From: Lytechinus pictus | Lineage: Eukaryota | Length of the DNA: 64,000 nt | NCBI RefSeq assembly: GCF_037042905.1 | Contig: NC_087250.1 | Coordinates: 8,558,001 to 8,622,000, forward strand | Direction: 5' to 3' | Shown: positions 12,301 to 24,300 of the stretch, piece by piece | Numbering within the stretch: the stretch's first letter is position 1 | Layout of the letters: each line of letters opens with the position of its first letter | Notes under the pieces: model-generated | Database searches by the model: none | Seen by the model: only the letters and a program-made list of their open reading frames with translations | What the model was told of the DNA's origin: nothing | Position numbers and translations under genes: made by a program

Positions 12301-15300
12301 GAATATTTAAGATTGTTGTTGCTTGCTTTTCATAGTATTCTTGGATGAGCACCACAATGCAGTCTTTCATTTATCAATTACTACAGACGAAGCAGGTCTT
12401 TGCGCTCTTCCACTTCTGGCTTCCTTGTTATTCCAAAAGTTTCAAAAACTTGGGGGAAAGATCATTTGCTTCCTGAAGACATTAAAAAATGTTCCTCTGT
12501 CGAAACTGTCAAAAATCTTTTTTATTTAACTCTTAGCTTTTTATGCGCCTTGAGCACTCTACAGAGTGGATTCGGCGCTTTATAAGTCACATTATTATTA
12601 TTATTAACACGATTTGATTTACACGATTTTTTACCACGCGTCCAGAAAAATAAATGTGATGTCATCGCTTCAGTTATCTACACTGTTATAAAAATTCTAC
12701 TTAAAACCCCCCCAAAAAAATTCCTGCAGCAGAGTCTCAAGAACACCTGTTATCTTACTGCACTGTGTCATTTTACATGCATTTGTGTAAAATTAAAGAA
12801 AATTGGTATTTGGTGTATGTAACCTTACAGACTTATTGTAATAAAACTGTTTTCCCTTTTCTTAAACAGGCCCGTTCTGTGAAAGTGTAAAAAAATCTTT
12901 CCTGTTATAACAATTTACATAATGATTTCGTTATTTCTTTCTGTAAAATCTGTTTTTTTACTTTTCTTCTGTAAAGTTTTCTGTTTCTAACAGTGTATCA
13001 TTCGATATAAATTAGATAGAGCATGATATCCCTTTTTTCGACCTACCACTCTCGTTGATGAATACTTTCATACGCAGTATACCGGCCAAGCTCTGATGTT
13101 CCCCGTTTACCGGTATGGAGTCAGAAAATCCGGATCTTACATGATCCAACAGGTTCAAATAACCGATCCCACCTCGCCCGATATCGACCCAGTAGAAAAT
13201 ATCGTCGTATATCAGAATCTGTTCGACATATCCTAGCTCTATCGATATCGTTGTCACGATATTCCTCACGTGTTTCACGATATCGTACATCTCGATAGTG
13301 CGATCGTGGTTGATCCAAAACAGGTTCCCGTCTGCAAAAGTGTAAAGAAAAAAAAAAATCACAATTTAAATGATCCTAAACCTGAAGACACAGCCGAAAG
13401 GGCCAGAAGAAAGAAGGGCAAAGAGGCCGAAGGAAGTGGCAAAAATTATAATTTGACCAAAAATGATTACATTAACCGACTTCTACATTGTTAAATCTAT
13501 TGGGTAAAATTTTAACCAACACGAGGGTCATTATGTGTCCAACCAATTTGGGGCAATATTTCAACCAATGCGGGAAGCATGTTGTCCTGTAAGGTTAAAC
13601 AAATAAGCAGCATTTACTTTAGAATGGGCAATATTTTCATCACACTGGATAAATAAAAATGCCCCAAAGAAATTCCCAATGTTGGGTGGACACATAATTA
13701 CCCTTATGGAGCATTTTTGCCCAATATTTTTTGCAGTGTATTATTTTCTATGGTTACACTCTGTTTTCCCTAATGTCTTTAAAGGACAAGTCCACCCCAA
13801 CAAAAAGTTTGTTTTAATAAAAAGAGAAAAATCCACCAAGCATAACACTGAAAATTTCATCAAAATCGGATGTAAAATAAGAAAATTATGACTTTTTAAA
13901 GTTTAGCTTTATTTCACAAAACAGTTATATGTACATCCTGGTCGGTATGCAAATGAGGAGACTGATGACGTCATCCACTCACTTTTTTCTTTTGTATTTT
14001 ATTATATGAAATATTATAATTTTCTCTCCATTGTCAAGTAAAACAAGGATTAATTCCTCCCTGAACATGTGGAACTAGCCTTGTTTAGTGCTATTATGGT
14101 TCAGTCAAGTTGGACCTCATTGTCAAATCTGAAAAAAATGAAATATTGTTTAATTCAAACAATAAAAAACAAAAGAAATAGTGAGTGATGGACATCATCG
14201 ACTGACTCATTCGCATGTCACCGAGTTGTGCATATCACTGTTTTGTGAAAAATAAGCGAAACTTTAAAATGCCATAACTTTCTTATTTTACATCCGATTT
14301 TGATGAAATTTTCAGCGTTATGCTAGTTTGATTTTTTCTCTATTTATTCAAATATTGGGATGGACTTGACTTTTAAAGTGGTGAACACAAAAAAAAATTC
14401 AGAGGGAGGTAAGGGAAGAATGTAGAAAAAAGGAGAGAGGCGTGTGTAATCCCTGAGGCCTTTGCAAACATAATGACATAGGCAATCTTATCTCCCCCGG
14501 CCCTCTCCTTTCAAAATATACTTGTGCCATCCATGTCTGTTATTGACCTGTATTTTCGTTATTTTTTTTCCAGGAGGGTGTTCCACAAAAGGTCAAGTGT
14601 GAAAATGAGAGTCAAGCCAACGCGCACATGTCATTTAACGCGTTATCTGGTTGATTGATATGTATAGTGCGCGTCCCGTTCGCATTATCTGACCAATAAG
14701 GTGATGCCTTGTATATAGCGCAGGAAACTGAAATTGAAGTTCGACTCTACGTCACACTTAAATGTTTGTGAAACACTCCCTGATCTCCCTTTTTTTTCTC
14801 TGTGTTGCGTAGCCCCTTGCCCCCGTAGCACCGCCCCTTGATTCCACATAGTGATTAACAAACGTAGAGGGCGTCACGTCTTTGCCGTTGTTGCTTCCTT
14901 TTACGTCCGTTGATAGTGTTCTTACCCTGCGCGTTTCTTGTGAATGCAGTGACGTTTACAAGATCCTCATCGACAAGACTTTTTTTGCCAGTTCCATCCA
15001 CGTTCATTTGCATGATGCTATCCCCCTCGGAAAAATAGAGCATACTAGTAAAAAAAAGTAAGAAAAAAAAGGAAATGATTATCGTTACGCGTATTTTCGT
15101 GCAGGTATGTATGCCTTCGCCACAATATGTTTGCACGGAGAGGTCCGATTGCTACGTACAATGTACAAGTTAATTTCTTTTGGTTCCCGCTGGGAGAGGA
15201 GGGGCAGAGTCCTTAGTCTAAAAATGAACCTTGTAACCCTAACCACTAGCGTTCCTAAGAGGGGAGGGGCAGGGGGGCCAGACTGCCCCCCTGACGAGTC

Positions 15301-18300
15301 ACAACTCACGCAATGGAGGTATCCCTACCCCCCTGACGAGTCACAACTGATCCCTGACGAGTCACAAGTGGCCCCCTCCTTTTAACTTGAAGACCTTTTT
15401 TTTTTTTTGCTTTTCAATTTGTTTTGTGGGGGTGCGAAATGTCCTTTACTTGCGGTTGAAGGCCTTTATTTTATTTTTATTTATTTATTTTTTTTTTGCT
15501 TGTCATTTTTTTGGCGGACGATTTTGCCCCCCCCCTTTAGAAAATCATAGGTACGCCACTGACCCTAACCCAAACTTTACAAATCATAAATGAAATTAGG
15601 CCCGGAGCAAATGTCGTGTCACCGTCGAAAGAGGGAGAATTGAATGGGATTTTACCGGGGATGCTTTTCTTCATGTTTTAATCCAGCATGCGCTGCAGTA
15701 TTAATATTTTTTATTCTCATGTCGTCGAGAGCTTGACAAGAAGGCAGAAGGTCCTATTATCAAACTCTTTTGTATGACTCATCCGGGATCGACCCGCGAC
15801 CTCCCGTTCATGAGGACGGCGCTCTGCCCAAGAACCCACCCAGAGCCATTGAAAGAGTTCGGCCAACCCGGTTTCAATAGGTTGCCAACATGGCGCAATT
15901 TCTTGTGAAATTGGGCTTGCCTAACAACGCATTATGCGCCATGTTGGTAACCAATCTTGAGTCCCGATTGGCCGAACTATATCTCTAGTAATGCACTGCA
16001 AAACTCTGGTGTTGATTTAACACCAGCCCGGGATCTGTATATGTCCATACCAGAGAAGTATTAAACAACACCAGTATCGTTTTGGTCTAACACCAGATAG
16101 GTGTTCATACAACACCAACTTAGTATTAAAACAGCATCGGTTTGATTCCAAACTGGTGTTGTTTCAATACTTCTCTGGCTTGTCTGGTATGGACATAGAT
16201 TCCGGGCTGGTGTTAAATCAACACCGGAGTTTTTGCAGTGTGACTCTGGAGATGCCAGATACAGTAACAATGCTCTGAAATAACTTTGATCTCATTTACC
16301 TGTTCTGGCCATCAATGCACAATCCAAAGATACGTTTGTCATTGACGTGGACTCTGATCTTGTTCGTTCCGTCCAGCCTGGCCGAAGCTAGGATCAAGGA
16401 GACATTGCCGAACCAGTAGATCCTCCTATCGTGTTTGTTGAAGGCAATGAGAAAGGGTTCTGGAAAGGAAAGGAATAAATTCAAGGCCCCATTTCATGAA
16501 GAAGCCGGGAAGAAGCACCGTCACTTGCCATATAATCCAAATATCCCATTCACACCAGTCATCGATATTTGGTAAATGATTGCTATATGTTCTTGAGGCG
16601 CGCCACGACGTTTGTTCCGACCAGTCATCTTAATGCGTCCGCAATATCTGTAATTTCAGATACGTAGATAGATACTGCCCACTTCCTCACGTCATGACTT
16701 GTATCCCAAAGTCAATTCACACCCACTTTTACATTATTTTGGACATGGGACAATATATATATATATACGTTAAATTCTGTTCAAGATACGATGATAGATC
16801 ATAACCTTACGACGACTGATAATACAGATATTAATGCCCCGTACAGGTCACCATCCCACCAGACAACACACCGCCCTCTCAGGTCGATGAGAGTTCAGCA
16901 ATAAAATTACGGTAACTACAACTAAATAATTTTAAATGTTAATTAATCATATTCTAACCACATATGTAAAACTCTAAAGCGTAACTCTGTAGTACTATAA
17001 ACACATGCAATATTATACCTAATATTATACCTTATTTATATATATGTAAATACTATGTTCGTTCCATCTGATTTTCCTCTTTTGTAGGCCTGACGAAGGC
17101 CGATGATGGCCGACAGCTTGCAATAAAAAAGGAAACATGAGAGCTACGTCTCACTAGTCGTTATTTCTGTCTTCCAAGTATATATGTATATATATATTAT
17201 ATACATACATGCATATACATACATACATATATATATATATATAATAATAATAAATACAAGTTCATAAGGTTCACTGGAGGTTCATCAAGGTTGAACCTCC
17301 ATTCAACCTTGTGAACTTGTATTCATTATTCAAAGCTCTTCTTGTAAAGGACATCGAGCACTCTACATGTATACAAGGATATAATTAGTATATATATATA
17401 TATATATATCAAGTGGGGCACGATTACAGTACTAGTAACTCTACCACAGTATTACAGCCCAAGTGCGAATGAATGTCAAGGTGTCGAATGCCCTGAATGA
17501 CAAAGAACAACCAAGAAGTCTTTGTCGAAAATTGGTGATTCAAAACAGCAGTTTATGGTCCTTGACCCTAGTCAAAACAACACACTTTTTGTGAGCTCTG
17601 AAACTTCGGACGAAACTGATGTTCCAGTTCAGGAATTTTCGACAAAGGCCTCCCAGCAATGATGGGCATTTTCAATTTACATTTACTGTGTTCTTGAAAC
17701 CTCCATATATACGTCTCAGAGTGAAAAATCCTTAATCGCAACATGACCCAGGCCCTCGTTTCATAAAAAAATATTTACGATTGTTGTAACTACCGTGCTA
17801 ACACGACTCTACGGCAAGTTGACATTAAACCATGATGACAACGTAATAAACACGAGTTATTTATGAAACGGGCCCCAGGCCTCCGGCTGTTTAATTCATG
17901 AAAACACACACGCACACACACAAATATCGTCCATAAATAAATAAATATTACTCGATGAAATCTGATCAGGCAGATCATTAATGTACATGACAAAAGTAGG
18001 GGTCCGAGGACACTCCCTTACAGAATTCCACTGGTAACATCAGCCCAGTCATAGAAGGTATACCATTAACACAAACACGATGATTGGCACTTGTGGAAGC
18101 ATCATAAGACGAGAGTGAATGTTAAACAAAAGTTCAACGATCCCATTACACGTCTTGGTGACAAGTTGGGAAATTATAACTCAGTATCCCAGAGGACTAC
18201 CAGTAACAGTCACAACGTTACGTAATTATCGTCGGGAAGACATTTCAAGAATATATATAGGATAATCACTATCTTCTTCATGTGTTAGAAAACTACAAGT

Positions 18301-21300
18301 TGGCCTACTGAAATACATAAGTAGTGAATTTCTTGTCAAAGGGTCAAGTCATATCCTTGTTCCCTCAGTCATGTTGGCTTCGTTATTGACTATACTACGA
18401 TTGTACCATCTAAATCTGTTAAGGCCACCGCACACCTTACGGTTGTTCGCGATCCGATTTTGGAACAAATCAAATTTTGCTCATTTTCTGAAAATGTGAA
18501 TGGAAAATATAATTTTATTTGAGGTTAAAATACTAATATAATCATTTTGAAAGATTGCAAGCCTTTATTTTGGAGCAAATTAAGGCCAAATTAGTTTCAA
18601 ATCGTATCCAATTGAGCATAGTCACAGATTTAAACATAGGTATTCGTACGATGATTTCGAACATTACACAGTAAGAAATTCTAATTCACAATATTAGCAC
18701 CAAATTCTACTACATTTTATTCTGAAATCGGGTAACAGACCAATCGTAATGTGTGCGGTCGCCTTTAGAAAAATTGCATGGTGCTTACTTTGATTGTGAT
18801 ATGAGTAGGCCTATGTTAGAGCAAGATTCCATCTCAAAAATATATCGTAAATTAGAAAGTATATAACTGAAGACACCTGTCACGTACCTGCGTACAGTGA
18901 AGTTAGATGTCATATTTTGTCCAGATTAGATTACTTTAACAACCTTTTAGCACCTGTTACACACGTGTATTTGAAGCGGCTATTGCTTACAAAACTGGGC
19001 AGCCCGCATTATCTTTAATGGAATGGTCCGGGCTGGAAACATTTATATCTTTATACATAGAGTAGAATTCACTGAGCGAAATGCCGAAAATGTCATCAAA
19101 TTCGAATAACAAATGATAAAGTTATTGAAGTTTAAAGTTTAGCAATATTTTGTGGAAACAGTCGTCATGAATATTTATTAGGTGGGCTGATGATGTCACA
19201 TCCCCACTTTCCGTTTTCTTATGTTATTACATAAAATCATATTTTTTTCATTATTTCATATTTGTGTAAATAATATGTCTCCCTTGTAATGAAATAAGTT
19301 GCAGCAATAAAATATCTAATGCACTAAATCAGTTGTCAATCCAATTTTTCTAGTTCTTGGAGGAAAAAAATGAATAAACCTAATTTCATATAACAAAATA
19401 CAAAAGAACAAGTGGGGATGTGACATCATGAAATTTTGGGCATTTTGCTTAGTGAATTCTATTTATTTAGCTATAAATACTTCCAGCCCGGGCCATCCCT
19501 TTAAGGTAGATAGACGCCATGAATCCGGTCATTTAAGGGGAAGTTAACCCTGAAGAAAATTTAATTGTACAAATAGCAGAAAAAAAATATTGCCGAAGGT
19601 TTGAGAAAATCCATCAAAGAATGTAATTTTAATTATTTGATTTGTGATGTTTTATATGCCAGCAGCTTTCCTACATATCGTATGGTAAAAGAATCAATGA
19701 AATTTAATTTTCTCAGAAAATTGAAAATGGTTTTCACTCTTCCTTCAGTACATCAATAAACAAATCATTTCAAACCCGCTCCTAAAAAAAACACAAGTCA
19801 TCACGAACCATTGAAAATTTTATATTTATGCAATTTGTATTGCATATAATTATGCGACAGCTGTTCGTTTATGACGTCACAAACCTGAAACTTAACATTC
19901 TAATAACTTTCTTAATCTTTAATGGATTTTCTTGAAATTTTCAGCAATATTTATTATTGTTATTATTATTATTTTTATTTCATTTATTTATTATTATTAT
20001 TTTTTTTTTTTTTTGGGGGGGAACTATTTTTACAACATACTTTTCATCAGGGTGAACTTCCCCTTTAAATCTCTCTATTGGCTTTCCATAAAGAAGAAAA
20101 AAATTTGTCTTTAAAGGTCAAGTCCTTCCCAGAAAAATGATTATTTGAATGAATAAAGAAAAATCAAGCACAACACTAAAAATTTCATCAGAATCGGATG
20201 TAAAATAAGAAATAAGGCATTCTAAAGTTTTGCTTAGTCTTCACAAAACAAAATGCACAACTCAGTGATATGGAAATGAAAGAGTCGTATTTCTTTTTTT
20301 TTGGTATGAATTGTACAATGTTTCAATTTTTACCGATGATACAATAAGGACCAACTTGACAGAACCATAAAATGTTGAACAGTGTGGAGCGCGTGGCCCA
20401 GTGGATTTGTCCCCGGACTTTGAAACATAGGTTCGAATCCCAGCCATGGCGTAGTTTCCTTCAGCAAGGAATTCATCCACAATGTGCTGCACTCGACCCA
20501 GGGGAGGTAAATGGATACCGGCAGGAAGTAATTACTTAAAAAGCTGTGTGCACCTTAATGGGTAGCCTAACTTAGCCGAGGTAATAATATAATGATAGCA
20601 GGGCTTGCTGGGAGAACAGTTTTCGGAACTGGGTGAATATACCGTTATAATTATTATTATTATCTACCATTATGTTTCGGGGAAGAGGAAAACTTTGTTT
20701 CACATTATCATGAGAAAAAATTGTAATCAGAATATTTCATATTTTATATAAGATAATAAATAATAAACAGTGAGTGGGTGACGTCATCAGTCACCTCTCA
20801 TTGGCATACTGATCAGATTTGCATGTAATTAAGCGAAACTTAAAAATGTCATAATGTTCTTATTTTACATCCGATTTTTATGAAAATTTTCAGTGTTATG
20901 CTTGTTGGATTTTTCTCTTTTTATTCAAATCAACTTTTGGTCGGGGTAGACATGTCCTTTAAACTACTACTTTTTGTCTTCAGAGCACTTCATAACCAGA
21001 TGCCAAAATATATCAAAGACAGTCTTGCTTCCCATAGACCATCTCGCCCTTGTCTCTGTCCATCAAAGGCCAGCTGAAAGAAGACCCGTACAAAATCAGA
21101 TGATCCCAATTTTACTGTAACCGCACACTGCTCTCGTGTTGATTTAACACCAGCCCGGAATCTACATATGTCCACACCAGAGAAGAGTTAAACAACATCA
21201 GTTTCGTTTTGATCTAACACCAGATTAGTGTTTATACAACACCAACTAGTATTAGAACAGCATCGGTTTGATTCCAAACTGGTGCTGTTTCAATACTTCT

Positions 21301-24300
21301 CGGGTGTGGACATATATAGATTCCGGGCTGGTGTTAAATCAACACCGGAGTTTTTTTCAGTGTAACCGCATCTAAAGAATGGGTCAACATCCCCTCCTTT
21401 GTCAAATCATCAAAAACTACAGAATCAATTTAAGAAATCTTAAACAAAAACGTACCTCTTCCAGTTATTTCCATTTTATCTCAATTTTACATGCATTTGT
21501 ATGGTAATTATGTAGTTTGATATGTTTTTAAACTCTGTGATATACTCTACTTTTAAAATGGAGAGCGTACTAAATGCTAAGATCTGTGTCACTGGAATAA
21601 TGCAAATGTTTAAAATGCCAAAACTTTGTTATCCCTTGTCCGATTTTGATCAAATTTTCATTGTTTTGTTTGTCTGATTTTTCTTTATCTGTTTAAATCA
21701 GACTATGTTCAGCCCGGAGCATCCCTTTAATTCCAAGTACCCTTGCAAAATTCCTTACGACTACCAGCAACAGTCATGAAGTTACGCAACCGTCAGGAAG
21801 ATCATGTAGGGTAGTCATTATCTTTTTCAGGTGTAAGAGAAGTACAAGTAGGCCTACTTCAGTCGTTAAGTATTTAAGTGTTTTAAATTATGTTTGTTAA
21901 TACTGTTATTATTGTTAGAAAAAGAAGCTGTATTATCATTTTCATAATAGCTATTAACATTATTATTAATATTATCTTTTATTTTACATTGAAGATAGGC
22001 CGAGCAGATTATTGTTTGATGTTGACAAACGTAGGAAACATTCGGCCTTCCCCTTTTGGGTAGCGTAACACAGAGATTAGTGATTAACCGTAAGGTTGAT
22101 TTTCACGATTTTGTGTACCTTGTGTACCTTGTAGTCAATGCAATCAATCAATCTTTAAAAAAGAGCTCTACGATGATTGATTTGTTTGTATTACGAGACC
22201 ATGGACTCTTCAAAGTCTTCGATATATTTAAATTTATTGAATAAACTATAATATTCTTCTGGACAAGATATCACACAAAGGTGCCCATGGGAAAGCCTCG
22301 GAATGATGCATAATATGTAACGATGTAGATAAATGATAACATTTTAACATTACGACCAATAAGTTGTGGTGTTCCACAGGGAATTATTCGAGGTCCATTG
22401 TTACTTGTCATTTACATAAACGACATAAGTAAGTCTCATCATAATAAGGTTCTGGTATCTTATTCACAGGCGATTGAAAATATTATCTCATGAACATTTT
22501 AATCACATTGCGCTTTTCAACAGTAAAACTAAAGATTTAATAAGTAATCACTTGCAGGCCTAAAATAATTTAGAAAGACTTTAAAAATCGACCTGGAAAT
22601 ATCATTTGCAAGACGCACATACACACATCCCCTTGATGTGGTCATATCAGAAAGTTCGGGAGTTGGGAGGGGGGGGGGGAGGGGGGGGTGGGCTTATTAT
22701 GGACAACAGATTAACATGCCAGATACATATCAGTCATGTTAGTGGTAAATATGTCACTTGGCAGTGGAAAAAAGGGTAAACTAGCAAGTAGACCTTATAA
22801 ACCAATACATGAATATGTCTAGTATGTAACACCTTCCAAAGGCAGCTCCATGTATGCATGGCTATGAATTCGCCAAGATAGCTAGCTACTCATGAGTCAC
22901 ATCAGTTTAGAATACAAATAGTGGAGCCCGAGTGATAAATTGTGATTGAAGATAAAATATAGACCCGTCCTTAAAGAATCGGGGCGATTCTTACTGAATA
23001 CCTCACTGATGTTAATGTATAATAGAAGAATTAACGCATAGGGCGTACGTTCAGGATTTACATACAAGTAATTAAATTTGTCTACATAGGTTTGTCTACC
23101 TTTAAAACTTGCTCCCATATCTGTATATTTCCTTTGTATTTCGAATGCATGGCCCCAATGAAAACCAGAGTTTGTGTTGATTGGGCTACACTTTTTATTA
23201 AATACGTGAAATAAATAAATAAATTTACTATACCAAAACTACAGGTCTATAAAAAAAACTATATAAAACTAGTAGTCGGTTGTACTTACTAATGCCTGGA
23301 ACGATGTTAACCGTGTTGGGCACTCCGTCCAGAATGTCTCCGCCAATCTTATGGGGGGACCGCTGGCCCCATATGACCATATTGGTCATGAAATCATAGG
23401 TCATGACGCCTGGACGGTAGATGTGTTCAAACCGAGCCCTTTGGTACACCTGTTGAGTCAGGAGCTTTCCATGCTCTATGTTACTGTGGTAGATTCCGTA
23501 GTTGATCTGGTCCACGAATAACACCTTGTCCACAGCTAGGGAGAAATAATCATTTATCATCATTTATCATGTGGATGCGTCGTGGTTCTAGTGGTTCTGA
23601 CTCTCGCCTTTCAAACAGAGGGTCGTGGGTTCGAATCCTAGCCATGACGTGTTTTCCTTCAGCAAGAAATTTATCCAGAATGTGCTGCTCTCGACCCAGG
23701 TGAGGTAAATGGGTACCGGCAGGAAGTAACTCATCAAAGGCTGTGCGCACCAGAATCGGTAGACTAGCTTAGCCGGGGTAATATAGGAGCGCCTTGGATA
23801 CGTGCGCTATACAAATCCTATATTATTATTATAATTATTATTATGTTTATTATAAGATGATGCTGCGGTAAATTGCCTACGGCCAACTCGTCCACTCATC
23901 AAAAGGTCTACATTCATTTAATTAGTCTAATGCCATCCCGTCCACGAACATTTCGTCTAAAAACCATTTGGTCCAATAACCATTTGGCTCAATCATCACT
24001 TCGTCTAATCACCAGTTGGTCTATTACCATTTCGTCTCATAACCAGTTGGTCTAATATCCATTTCATTTTATCCATTTTGCACAATTAACACTTAGGTTT
24101 AATTGGACCTAAGTGACTTAGGTCCAATTAAACCGAATGGTATATGGACTAAATGGTTAGTGGACAACTGGTCATGGACGAAATGGTGAGTGGACGAAGT
24201 GGATATTAGACCATGTGGATATTGGACGAACTGATAGTAGACCAAATGATAGTAGACGAGTTGGCAATTGGACGAATTTGCATTAGAACGAATTGGAAAT

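Noticed and set aside
15290..15368. CTGACGAGTC repeats as hammerhead cores
   Set aside because: No stem II closure or GAAA follows; they are internal repeats of a hAT-type MITE.
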